Assembly (NCBI GenBank): GCA_027082925.1
Contig: JALWTD010000013.1
Span: forward strand, 96,349-160,348
Source of the DNA: Flavobacteriaceae bacterium
GTDB lineage: Bacteria > Bacteroidota > Bacteroidia > Flavobacteriales > Flavobacteriaceae
Length of the DNA stretch: 64,000 nt
Reading direction: 5' to 3'
Shown: piece after piece, positions 47,752 through 56,768 of the stretch
Position numbering within the stretch: position 1 is the stretch's first letter
Layout: every line of letters starts with the position of its first letter
Translations under genes and position numbers: made by a program
The notes under the pieces: model-generated
Seen by the model: the letters and a program-made list of their open reading frames with translations, nothing else
The model's database searches: none
Told to the model about the DNA's origin: nothing

Positions 47752-48036
47752 TTAGTCTATATCTAAATCTATGTCACCTTCTACAAGATCAATATCTTCT
47801 TCTACAATAGGTGGTATTGTAACTTCATAGTTTTCCATACTACCTACTAACTCATCGCTAATTTTGACAAGATAAATGGTGTCATCTGTTCTAACCTCTA
47901 CAGCTTCAACATATTTTCCTTTCGGATTTGTAAATTTGATAATATCTCTAACGCCGTAACCATCTGGAAATTTCTCTACCAATAAGTCTAAAATTTCCGG
48001 GGTCAACTTTTTGTAATCTACAATTATTCTTTTCAA
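47752..48036 (-). CDS. Conserved small hypothetical protein with acidic C-terminal tail
   Basis: MKRIIVDYKKLTPEILDLLVEKFPDGY... (TTG start), tail EEDIDLVEGDIDLDID. It has its own promoter box and terminator. Confidence 0.8.
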   Translation of the reverse strand: MKRIIVDYKKLTPEILDLLVEKFPDGYGVRDIIKFTNPKGKYVEAVEVRTDDTIYLVKISDELVGSMENYEVTIPPIVEEDIDLVEGDIDLDID

Positions 48037-48103
48037 AATAAATTAGTTAAAATTAAACTTAAAAAATGTAATTATCTATTTAATTAACTTCAATTACTTT
48101 GTC

Positions 48104-48111
48104 CAAATATA
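48104..48111 (-). promoter_or_regulatory. -7 promoter box for the 94-aa gene
   Basis: TATATTTG on the minus strand. Confidence 0.5.
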
Positions 48112-48229
48112 TAAAATTATTTTATTCAGAAAATAAAAATTGACTTTCTTTGTTTATTTATAACAAACTCATTTACAGTTGTATATAAAAAACGATTGAA
48201 AAAATTATTTACAAAATAGTACGAAAACG

Positions 48230-49081
48230 TTATAGCATTTTCAGATTTATAACTTCTTGTGCTGTTAAATGACGCCAATGACCTCTTGGTAGGTTTTTTT
48301 TAGTGAGTCCTGCAAAAATGACTCTGTCTAGTTTTAATACGTTATAATTAAAGTGCTCAAATATTCTTCTAACTATTCTATTTCTTCCGGAATGAATTTT
48401 GACTCCTACCTCTGTTTTTGGTTGATTGGGTATGTATGATATTTCGTCAACAATCACTCTTCTGTCGTCTAGCATAAACCCTTCTGCTATCTTTTGCAAA
48501 TCGCTCATCGCTAATTTTTTATCTAAAGAAGCGTGGTAAATTTTTTGAATATTGTGCTTTGGATGTGTCAGTTTTTTTGCCAATTCACCATCGTTTGTAA
48601 AAAGTAACAATCCGGTTGTATTTCTATCCAATCTTCCTACCGGATAAATTCGTTCTTTTGAAGCATTACTTACCAGTTCCATAACAGTTCGTCTTCCTCT
48701 GTCATCTTCCATGGTGGTAATAAAATTCTTTGGCTTATTTAGCAATACATAGCGTTTTTGTTCTGGGCTAATAAGCGTACCGTCAAACCGTACCTCATCA
48801 TCAAGATTCACTTTATATCCCATTTCGGTAATTACTTTTCCGTTTACGGTAGCACTACCGGCTTTAATAAATACATCGGCTTCTCTTCGAGAGCAAATAC
48901 CTGAATTTGAAATGTATTTATTTAAGCGTATCCCCTCTGAAGATGCTGTTTTTTGAGCTGTTGATTTTGAGGGTGATTTTTCACGAGATTTTGAGAAATA
49001 CTCGCGTTTTTTTCCGTGTGGTGTTTTTCTGTTATTTGTTCCTTCTTGTCGTCCTCTCGACGAGTTTCTATTCGAATTCAT
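48230..49081 (-). CDS. 23S rRNA pseudouridine synthase (RluB/RluF family, S4 domain)
   Basis: RLNKYISNSGICSRREAD, LLNKPK, YPVGRLDRNTTGLLLFTNDG, GRNRIVRR. ATG 49081 is preferred; the track's TTG lies within the TACTTTTG box at 49104-49097. Confidence 0.9.
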   Translation of the reverse strand: MNSNRNSSRGRQEGTNNRKTPHGKKREYFSKSREKSPSKSTAQKTASSEGIRLNKYISNSGICSRREADVFIKAGSATVNGKVITEMGYKVNLDDEVRFDGTLISPEQKRYVLLNKPKNFITTMEDDRGRRTVMELVSNASKERIYPVGRLDRNTTGLLLFTNDGELAKKLTHPKHNIQKIYHASLDKKLAMSDLQKIAEGFMLDDRRVIVDEISYIPNQPKTEVGVKIHSGRNRIVRRIFEHFNYNVLKLDRVIFAGLTKKNLPRGHWRHLTAQEVINLKML

Positions 49082-49138
49082 TTTTTTTATTTTTTGCAAA
49101 AGTAGTGTATTCTTTTCAAGGGTAGTTATAAAAAATAC

Positions 49139-50074
49139 TTATTTTAATAAAATTCTATCTATTATTACCGAATAATCTATTAAAGACAGGCTAAATACAC
49201 CCGCCAATATAAGCAGCTTTAGCATAAGATGAAGCGCTACATAGTTTCTTTTATTTTTACTAAACCACAGCAAAACAACAAACACAAAAAGAACTATTAC
49301 GCTTGCATAAAAATAAAATTTCATTCCTCCAATTTCTGGATATTTCAGTAAAAAATAAATAGGATTTAATGTTAACAACGCTATTAAAGTAACCAGCATT
49401 TTTGTGAAATGTTCTCCATATTTAACTACAATGGTTTGGTTGTTTTGCGTAAAATCACCTTTTAGCTTTTCTAAATCTTTTATCAATTCTCTAATGAGCA
49501 GTATAAAAAACAAGTACGATGCATGTGTAAAAATAATTTCTGAAAAGTTTTTATAATGCACAAAAACCGCAAAAAAGGGCAGCATTGCCAATGTTACCGC
49601 AGATAAAAGTCGGACTAAAGGGTACTTTTTTAGTTTGTGAGAATACAACCAAATTAAAAATATATACACCGAGAAAAATAAGGCTGCTCTCCATGAAACT
49701 AAAAAACTTATTCCAACACCTAAAAAATTAAGTACAAAATAAATTTGAAGCTTCGTTTTTTGATCTACAATAGCGTCAATTCTCGATTTTAAAGGTCTGT
49801 TTATTCTATCCGATTCTAAATCGTAAAAATTGTTAATAATATATCCTGCAGCAATTACGCATATAGTAGCAAAAACAATAAAGTATAAGTTGGCATCTAG
49901 CAGTACATGTTTCAACGATTTTTCTGGTGAGAAAATAAATATAGAAGCTAAGTACTGTGCTATTACAATTAAGGCTATGTTGTATCCTCTAACGACTGAA
50001 AACAGACTTAGCACTTTAATGTAAAAAGGTGCCTGTTTTCTACTGTTATTTTTTGAAATTTCTAATAAATCCAT
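49139..50074 (-). CDS. UbiA-superfamily prenyltransferase (DGGGP-synthase-like)
   Basis: Multi-TM protein; motif I AAGYIINNFYDLESDRINRP, motif II RELIKDLEKLKGD. Confidence 0.85.
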   Translation of the reverse strand: MDLLEISKNNSRKQAPFYIKVLSLFSVVRGYNIALIVIAQYLASIFIFSPEKSLKHVLLDANLYFIVFATICVIAAGYIINNFYDLESDRINRPLKSRIDAIVDQKTKLQIYFVLNFLGVGISFLVSWRAALFFSVYIFLIWLYSHKLKKYPLVRLLSAVTLAMLPFFAVFVHYKNFSEIIFTHASYLFFILLIRELIKDLEKLKGDFTQNNQTIVVKYGEHFTKMLVTLIALLTLNPIYFLLKYPEIGGMKFYFYASVIVLFVFVVLLWFSKNKRNYVALHLMLKLLILAGVFSLSLIDYSVIIDRILLK

Positions 50075-50135
50075 GTATGTAGAGGTTTTGCTAGAAAAAT
50101 CTTTAATAGTAATTCACCAAAGTTTCTAGCGTGTA

Positions 50136-51065
50136 TTAAAATCTATAAACCAATTCGAGTTTATAATCTTTTAGCAATGCTTTTGCTTTATCAAAGTCTT
50201 TTGTAAACCCTAAAATATAGCCTCCTCCACCAGATCCGCAGAGTTTTAAATAATAATCGTTGGTTTCTATACCTTTTTTCCAAACAGCGTGAAATGGTTT
50301 TGGAATCATAGGCTGAAAATTATCCAATACTACTTTTGAAAGTTGTTTTACATTTTGAAACAACGATTTTACATTTCCATGTAAAAAATCATCAATACAA
50401 GCATCGGTGTACTTTGCAAAATCTTCATTTAGCATTTTTCTAAATCCTTCATTCTTCATTTTATTCATAAAAATACTAACCATTGGCCCTGTTTCTCCAA
50501 CAATTTCAGAGTCTAATAAAAATACAGCGCCTTTTCCTTCTTTTTGTGAAGGTATACCGGTAGCCTCTAAATCGTTTTTAGAGTTGATTAGAATTGGAAT
50601 ACTTAAGTAAGAGTTTAACGGGTCTAAACCAGAACTTTTCCCGTGGAAAAATGATTCCATCATAGAAAAAATTGCTTTTAATTTCAACAGCTTTTCTCTG
50701 GTTAAATTTTCTAAAACGGTAATTTTATCTGTTGCGTATTTATCGTAAACAGAAGCTACCAAAGCACCTGAACTACCTACGCCGTATCCTTGCGGAATAC
50801 TTGAGTCAAAATACATTCCATCATCTAAATCCGACTTAAATTCATCGAGTCGAAAACTTACTAACTCTTGTTTGTCAAGTTGCGATAAGTATTGGTAAAA
50901 TTTAACTAGATTTTGATTCGATTTTTGAGCATCTTCAGTTAAAACAGCTGCCTTTTTAAGTGCACCCTGGTAACTGTTGTAGGGTATTGCCAAACCTTTA
51001 GAGTCTTTTATAATTCCATACTCTCCAAACAATAAAATTTTAGCATAAAAAAGTGGTCCTTTCAT
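50136..51065 (-). CDS. GHMP kinase of the mevalonate pathway (mevalonate or phosphomevalonate kinase)
   Basis: KILLFGEY, SSIPQGYGVGSSGA, HGKSSGLD, KLCGSGGGG. Directly downstream of mvaD. ATG 51065 is preferred. Confidence 0.85.
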   Translation of the reverse strand: MKGPLFYAKILLFGEYGIIKDSKGLAIPYNSYQGALKKAAVLTEDAQKSNQNLVKFYQYLSQLDKQELVSFRLDEFKSDLDDGMYFDSSIPQGYGVGSSGALVASVYDKYATDKITVLENLTREKLLKLKAIFSMMESFFHGKSSGLDPLNSYLSIPILINSKNDLEATGIPSQKEGKGAVFLLDSEIVGETGPMVSIFMNKMKNEGFRKMLNEDFAKYTDACIDDFLHGNVKSLFQNVKQLSKVVLDNFQPMIPKPFHAVWKKGIETNDYYLKLCGSGGGGYILGFTKDFDKAKALLKDYKLELVYRF

Positions 51066-51069
51066 AAAA

Positions 51070-52188
51070 TTACGTATTGGGGGTTTGTATTGCTCCTTGT
51101 CCAATGCTATCGCAAATATAGTGATTTTCTTGACAAAACGGTGCCAACTCTTTTATTATAAAATTGTTAATCTTTTCTTTTTCTTTTTCGGGATACAGCA
51201 CATGAACGTTGGCTCCGGCATCTAAAGTAAAGCATATATTTAGCCCTGTTTCTGCTCTAAATTGCCATATTTTGTCAATAATTTTTAACGTATTAGGCTT
51301 CATTAAAATAAAATACGGATTGCTGGTCATCATCATTGCATGCAATGTGAGTGCTTCGCTTTCTACAAGGGCTATAAACTCTTTTAAATTTCCTGTTTGT
51401 AGAATTTTGGAAATTTTGGAACTATTTTGTTGTGCTTGTTGAAAACGTTGTACCGCAAACGGATGATTCAACATTAACTGGTGTCCAACAGTGCTAGATA
51501 CTTGTTTTTCTCCTTTATCTACTAACAAAATAGTGTCTTGATAGTTTTTAAAGTTATCGTGTATTTTATACGGAAACTTTATACCGTACAAGTTTGAACT
51601 TCCTTCTATTTCGGGGTGTGCACCCCAAACTATTAGTGCTCCTTCAATACTTCTACAAGCACTTCCTGAACCTAAACGAGCTAAAAATGAAGCTTTTTTG
51701 TTGAAATACGCATTGGTTATTGTTGGGTTTAGCATTTTTTCAATACTCATAATACACAATGCCAACGCACTCATACCACTTGCCGAAGAGGCTATTCCAC
51801 TGCTGTGTGGAAATGAGTTTTCTGATTTTATTACAAATTGATAGTGCTTTATAAAAGGGACGTATTTTTCAATTCTCTCGAAAAATTTTTGAATTTTAGG
51901 CTTAAAATCAGCTTTCTTTTCGCCTTCAAAATAAATATCAAAATTGTAATCTTGGCGATTGAGCGAAGTCGAAATCAATTTGTCAGGTTGACGTTCTCTA
52001 TACTCTAATGTTGTTTGGGTAAAACACGCGCTTAAAGTAAAACTAATAGAAGTATTTTTAGGTATTTGATTACCTTCTTTACCCCAATACTTAACCAAGG
52101 CAATATTGCTTGGTGTTTTCCAAGTTACACTACCAGAAGGCAGTGTTGAGATTTTAAAATTATTAAAAATGAAATCGGATTCAGTCAA
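51070..52188 (-). CDS. mvaD: Diphosphomevalonate decarboxylase
   Basis: PSNIALVKYWGK, FPHSSGIASSASG, RLGSGSACRS, TLDAGANVHV. TTG 52188 is preferred; promoter box TATCTTTG at 52211-52204. Confidence 0.92.
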   Translation of the reverse strand: MTESDFIFNNFKISTLPSGSVTWKTPSNIALVKYWGKEGNQIPKNTSISFTLSACFTQTTLEYRERQPDKLISTSLNRQDYNFDIYFEGEKKADFKPKIQKFFERIEKYVPFIKHYQFVIKSENSFPHSSGIASSASGMSALALCIMSIEKMLNPTITNAYFNKKASFLARLGSGSACRSIEGALIVWGAHPEIEGSSNLYGIKFPYKIHDNFKNYQDTILLVDKGEKQVSSTVGHQLMLNHPFAVQRFQQAQQNSSKISKILQTGNLKEFIALVESEALTLHAMMMTSNPYFILMKPNTLKIIDKIWQFRAETGLNICFTLDAGANVHVLYPEKEKEKINNFIIKELAPFCQENHYICDSIGQGAIQTPNT

Positions 52189-52221
52189 AATAAAAATTTT
52201 GAGCAAAGATAATTGTTTTAA

Positions 52222-52938
52222 CTAAACATGGTCTAATCTTCTAAGTACTTCTTTTTTGTAGCTTCTACTTATTGGAATGGCTTTTTTATTAATTTCTACA
52301 AACTCATTTGTAAATAGTGTTATTTTAGGTACCGCTACTATAAAAGACCTGTGTACTCTTATAAAATCTTTTTTAGGCAATTTTGCTTCAATGTTTGTAA
52401 TGGTTTCTCTTGTTAAAATTGTAGTGTTGTTTAAATGAATTTTAATATAATCGCTAAAACTTTCGATGTAATTTATTTCCGAAAAATCAATTTTAATCAT
52501 TTTTCTGTCAGAACGCACAAAAATAAAGTGGGTTTCTTGTGGATGTATTTCTGAAGTTGATTTGGTTGTAACTGTAATATTCTCATTTAAAAACTTGTTA
52601 ATTGCCTGAAGCAAACGCTCAAATGAAATAGGTTTAAGCAAATAATCTACAGCCTGTAAATCGAAGCCATCAACAGCGTATTTTCTGTATGCTGTGGTAA
52701 AAATAATTTTGGTACTTTTAGTAATGGATTTAGCAAAAGACAAGCCGGAAATTTCAGGCATATTAATATCTAAAAAGATTAAATCTATCTTATGTGCATT
52801 TAACTCGTTAAACGCTTCAATAGCATTTTTACACGTTGCAACAACAGTTACAGCAGCTACTTTTTGTAAATGACTTTTTAAAATATCACGAGCTACCGGT
52901 TCGTCATCAACTATAATACAATTTATTACTTTACTCAT
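52222..52938 (-). CDS. LytTR-family response regulator
   Basis: IVDDEP, LDINMPEISG, FTTAY, DYLLKPI, FIRVHRSFIV, IPISRSYK. Confidence 0.95.
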   Translation of the reverse strand: MSKVINCIIVDDEPVARDILKSHLQKVAAVTVVATCKNAIEAFNELNAHKIDLIFLDINMPEISGLSFAKSITKSTKIIFTTAYRKYAVDGFDLQAVDYLLKPISFERLLQAINKFLNENITVTTKSTSEIHPQETHFIFVRSDRKMIKIDFSEINYIESFSDYIKIHLNNTTILTRETITNIEAKLPKKDFIRVHRSFIVAVPKITLFTNEFVEINKKAIPISRSYKKEVLRRLDHV

Positions 52939-54001
52939 TTTTAAATTGTTTTAAACTACGAATCGTTAATTTCACTCTAAAATAATTGGCTGTTTGAGTG
53001 GTTTCTAACGAATATGCGTTGGGAAATAACATTTCTAACCGTTTTTCAATGTTTTCTAAACCAATTCCATTACTGTTTTTATCTTCTTTAATAGATGTGT
53101 TTTCAATACTAAAAAACAACATATCACCTTCTGTTTTTATATTAACCGCTACATTTAAGCTTCCGTGAATAATATCTCCATGTTTAAAGGCATTTTCTAC
53201 AAATGGAATTAACAACATTGGAGCTATTTTTATGGTATTGCTAGAAATATCTATTGTTGTTTTAACTTCAAGAGTATCATGAAATCGCATTTTTTCAAGC
53301 GAAATATAATCTAACAAATGATTTACTTCATCCATTAACAACACTTGAGGTTTTTCTATTTGATATAAAATGTAATCCAATAGGTTCGATAGTTTTAAAA
53401 TCATTTCTGGAGCTTCTTCCTTTTTCTCCAAAGCAAAACCATAAATTGTATTTAATGAATTAAATAAAAAATGAGGGTGGATTTGCATCTTTAAAAACCG
53501 TAATTCCTGATCTTTTATTCGTAATTGTGTTGCTAATATCTTATTCTTTAAATTTTCATTGTTTACTATTGAATTGTAATTGTGCTTTATTAAACCTAAT
53601 GAAACCACAATTAAAACTACAAAATACACTCCTAAAATAATAAGGGGCAGCGTTTTGGTTAATGGAGAGGTATTGTCCGAATTTAACTCTATTAAAAAAA
53701 CCAATCCATACAATATAGAAAGAATAATTAAAAACACCGAAATAATAAATGCATACACACTGTATAATAAAAATAAGGCGTGTTTTTGTTTTAATAAGTA
53801 GTTGGGAATAAGGAAGTATAAAAAAAAGTAACTAATACCTATTGTTACAGGCATTAAAAATGCTGAAAATTTGTTTACATAATCGGTATTATTACTTCCA
53901 TAACCTAGAAAGGAAGTATAAAAGAAATACACTACTCCCCAAAATACAAGGTGCAGAATTACCTCAACACTATACTTAAAAAATACTTTCGACAGCTTCA
54001 T
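52931..54001 (-). CDS. LytS/YehU-type sensor histidine kinase
   Basis: 4 N-terminal TM segments, LKMQIHPHFLFNSLN, YISLEKMRF, PMLLIPFVENAFKHG, GIGLENI. ATG 54001 is preferred; the track's TTG overlaps TACTTTTG at 54036-54029. Confidence 0.93.
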   Translation of the reverse strand: MKLSKVFFKYSVEVILHLVFWGVVYFFYTSFLGYGSNNTDYVNKFSAFLMPVTIGISYFFLYFLIPNYLLKQKHALFLLYSVYAFIISVFLIILSILYGLVFLIELNSDNTSPLTKTLPLIILGVYFVVLIVVSLGLIKHNYNSIVNNENLKNKILATQLRIKDQELRFLKMQIHPHFLFNSLNTIYGFALEKKEEAPEMILKLSNLLDYILYQIEKPQVLLMDEVNHLLDYISLEKMRFHDTLEVKTTIDISSNTIKIAPMLLIPFVENAFKHGDIIHGSLNVAVNIKTEGDMLFFSIENTSIKEDKNSNGIGLENIEKRLEMLFPNAYSLETTQTANYFRVKLTIRSLKQFKNE

Positions 54002-54179
54002 ATATGCTGCAATATCTGCTTTTTTAACCAAAAGTAAATGCTTTTGCGATGAAATTCAAAAAAGTAACGATATTTGGTACTTATTGTAAGCTGTATACCA
54101 AAAGAGCTAGAAAACAAGTTATTTTTAATTCTCTTTTTGCAAACTATCGCAATTAAACACCTATTCGCAAGTATAAAAA

Positions 54180-54187
54180 TATATTTG
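54180..54187 (+). promoter_or_regulatory. -7 promoter box for the MotA/ExbB-like gene
   Basis: TATATTTG with no TTTG at the -33 position. Confidence 0.55.
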
Positions 54188-54215
54188 AAACATATTAACA
54201 TTAAAAACATTTTTT

Positions 54216-54578
54216 ATGAAACCTTTATTTTTAAATTTATTAAACGATGGTGGACCTGCTTTTTCGTATCCAACTTTTGCAATGCTTCTAATTTGTATCG
54301 CACTTATTATAAAAGCTCTTGTAAAAGGTGATGCTGATGGTAAAATACGGAAATTAATAAGTCACATTAGTTTATTTGCATTGGTTTGGGGGTTTTTAGG
54401 ACAAATGGTTGGACTTATTGGTGCTTTTGATACTATTGAAGCTGTTGGTAATATATCTCCTGCTATTTTAGCTGCAGGACTAAAAATTGCCTTGTTAAGT
54501 CCTGTTTTTGGAATGGTTGTTTTCTTAGTTGCTCGCGTTGGAATTATAATTCTTACTTGGGTGCAAAAAGAATCGTAA
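54216..54578 (+). CDS. Minimal MotA/TolQ/ExbB proton-channel-family protein
   Basis: N-terminal DGG.. followed by a TM, GFLGQMVGLIGAFDTI, LAAGLKIAL, FGMVV; only 120 aa. Confidence 0.7.
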   Translation: MKPLFLNLLNDGGPAFSYPTFAMLLICIALIIKALVKGDADGKIRKLISHISLFALVWGFLGQMVGLIGAFDTIEAVGNISPAILAAGLKIALLSPVFGMVVFLVARVGIIILTWVQKES

Positions 54579-54586
54579 CACTGGTA

Positions 54587-54626
54587 TAAATACTCTTTCC
54601 TAGGAAGTATAGGTAAAGAGTATTTT
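54587..54626. terminator. Hairpin terminator between convergent genes
   Basis: TACTCTTT-CCTA...TAGG-T-AAAGAGTA flanked by A/T tracts. Confidence 0.65.
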
Positions 54627-55836
54627 ATTTATTTAATGCTGTTGCTACAATCCAGCCGCCAGTCCAAGCATTTTGAAAGTTAAATCCGCCGGTAATGGCA
54701 TCAATATTTAGTACTTCACCTGCAAAAAATAAATTTTTATGAAGTTTACTTTCAAATCGCTTAAAGTTTACCTCGCATAAATCTACACCTCCTGCCGTAA
54801 CAAACTCGTCTTTAAAAGTACTTTTTCCCGATACTTTAAATACACTTTTTGTTAGCTGACTTGCCAAGTGGTCTAAATCTTTATTGCTTAATTGTGCCCA
54901 TTGTGTTGAAGGTGAAATATTAGCAGCTGCTACAAACTTCATCCATAACCGTTTTGAAATTACTTCAAAAACAGAGCGAAGTACTACTATTTTTTTAGCA
55001 TTATTGCGCTTTGCAGCCTTTAATAGTTCCAAAACTGTTTCGTGTTTTTTAGACAACCAGTTTACTTCAATTTTAAAATTGTACTCTTTATTGTGTAGCT
55101 CCAAAGCTCCCCAAGCCGATAATTTTAAAATGGCCGGTCCACTTAAACCCCAATGCGTAATTAACAATGGTCCTTGCGCTTCTAATTTAGAATTTAGCAC
55201 TTTAACTGAAGCATAAGGTACTGATATTCCTGAAATTTCTTCCAATCGTTTATCTGTAATATGAAATGTAAACAACGAAGGAATGGGAATTATAACTTGA
55301 TGTCCTAAATTAGAAATCATATTCCAAACTTTGGTATTGCTTCCTGTAGCAACCAGTAAATAATCTGCTGTAAAATTTTTAGAAGCTGTTTTTATTTTAA
55401 ACTTATTATTGTCTTTTTCAATCGCTTCAACTCTTGTACTTATTTGTATAATAATACCCGCTTTTTTAGCACTATCTAAAAAGCAATCAATAATTGTTTG
55501 CGATGAATTTGACTCCGGAAACACCCTATTATCTTCTTCAATTTTTAAAGAAACTCCTCTATTTTCAAACCACTCCATTACATCACCTGTCATAAACTGA
55601 TGAAAAGGACCTAACAGTTCTTTTCTTCCTCTCGGATAAAATTCAATCAGTTCATTTGGTGTAAAACATGCATGTGTCACATTACAACGACCTCCACCAC
55701 TAACCTTAACTTTTTGTAGTACTTTGTTACTTCCTTCTAAAATAATCACCTCCATTTCAGGGTTCATTTCAGCCGCGTTTATAGCTGCAAAAAAGCCGGC
55801 AGCACCTCCTCCAATAATTACAAATCGCTTCTTCAC
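54625..55836 (-). CDS. HI0933/YhiN/BaiN-family flavoprotein
   Basis: IIGGGAAG, KVKVSGGGRCNVT, RVFP, LITHWGLSGPAIL, VTAGGV, AGEVLNIDAITGGFNFQNAW. Confidence 0.92.
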   Translation of the reverse strand: MKKRFVIIGGGAAGFFAAINAAEMNPEMEVIILEGSNKVLQKVKVSGGGRCNVTHACFTPNELIEFYPRGRKELLGPFHQFMTGDVMEWFENRGVSLKIEEDNRVFPESNSSQTIIDCFLDSAKKAGIIIQISTRVEAIEKDNNKFKIKTASKNFTADYLLVATGSNTKVWNMISNLGHQVIIPIPSLFTFHITDKRLEEISGISVPYASVKVLNSKLEAQGPLLITHWGLSGPAILKLSAWGALELHNKEYNFKIEVNWLSKKHETVLELLKAAKRNNAKKIVVLRSVFEVISKRLWMKFVAAANISPSTQWAQLSNKDLDHLASQLTKSVFKVSGKSTFKDEFVTAGGVDLCEVNFKRFESKLHKNLFFAGEVLNIDAITGGFNFQNAWTGGWIVATALNK

Positions 55837-55838
55837 TT

Positions 55839-56768
55839 TTAACGTATCATTTTTGTATAAGGAATTACTGTATTGTATCCTTTTTGTATAAAATATTGAG
55901 GCGTATCACTATTTCCTGTAGCTAAAATAAAATCACCTCCCCAAGCTCCTAAACTTTTTGTTTGCCCAAAATAATCTGAAAATAACTGTTGCTGAACAGG
56001 TTCTAATTGAAGTGTTTTTGAGACCAATTGCTCATGCTCCAAAATTATTTTTTCAAATTCGTTTAAATGCTCGCAGTTTACAATCTCAAAAGTTAACTCA
56101 TTTATCCGATTTATTTCTGAAGCTAAATTTCCTGCTAGCGCTTTAAAGCGTTTAATACCTTCTCTGCTATCTTGTTTTTTATTTAAATACACAAAAAACA
56201 ACTGTTCTTTAAATGTAGGATTAAAATTTACCGGTTTTACAAGAGGTGTTATTTCATTTTTTGCATATAAAATGGGTGTGTTATTTTGTGCGCAAGCAAT
56301 ATCGTAACCACTTCCTCCAAAGGTGTTTTCTAATAACTGATAGGGATTTACTTTTGCCCAAGTAGCCACATTGTTAATTAATGTTGACGAACTTCCTAAA
56401 CCCCAATTTTTTGGAAATGTAAGCCTTGTTTTTACTAAAAATCCTTTTGACGACTCTAAAAAAGAAGAATCTATTTTTTTAGAGGCTTTTAATATGTCTC
56501 TTAATTTTTCGGCAACTGTATCGTTTCCTCCATCTACTTCCGACTCAAAGGTAGCGCTGGCCAATCTTAACGATGGTAAATCAAAAACAACTTTTAACCA
56601 GCAAATTCCATTATTGGTATAACTTTTCCAAATTAACGTTGGTTCTTCTATTACCTCAACACGTAAATCTTGTCCGTATTTAGTTGGAACAGCCAAAGCT
56701 TTAGCTCCTTCCAAAACAAAATATTCTCCTGTTAATAACAGTTTACCGTTGCTGTAAAAATTTTTCAT
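55839..56768 (-). CDS. 'GYDIA'-type GHMP kinase of the mevalonate pathway
   Basis: NGKLLLTGEY, WGLGSSST, GGSGYDIACA, KSLGAWGGDF; coupled to HMG-CoA reductase. Confidence 0.85.
   Translation of the reverse strand: MKNFYSNGKLLLTGEYFVLEGAKALAVPTKYGQDLRVEVIEEPTLIWKSYTNNGICWLKVVFDLPSLRLASATFESEVDGGNDTVAEKLRDILKASKKIDSSFLESSKGFLVKTRLTFPKNWGLGSSSTLINNVATWAKVNPYQLLENTFGGSGYDIACAQNNTPILYAKNEITPLVKPVNFNPTFKEQLFFVYLNKKQDSREGIKRFKALAGNLASEINRINELTFEIVNCEHLNEFEKIILEHEQLVSKTLQLEPVQQQLFSDYFGQTKSLGAWGGDFILATGNSDTPQYFIQKGYNTVIPYTKMIR

Noticed and set aside
50090-50130. Imperfect inverted repeat GCTAGAAA...TTTCTAGC between the GHMP kinase and UbiA genes
   Set aside because: It has a large AT-rich loop and no convincing U tract; this is too weak to call a terminator or RNA element.
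54074-54331. 85-aa plus-strand and 70-aa minus-strand ORFs across the LytS/MotA intergenic region
   Set aside because: They overlap two promoter boxes and the starts of better-supported genes.
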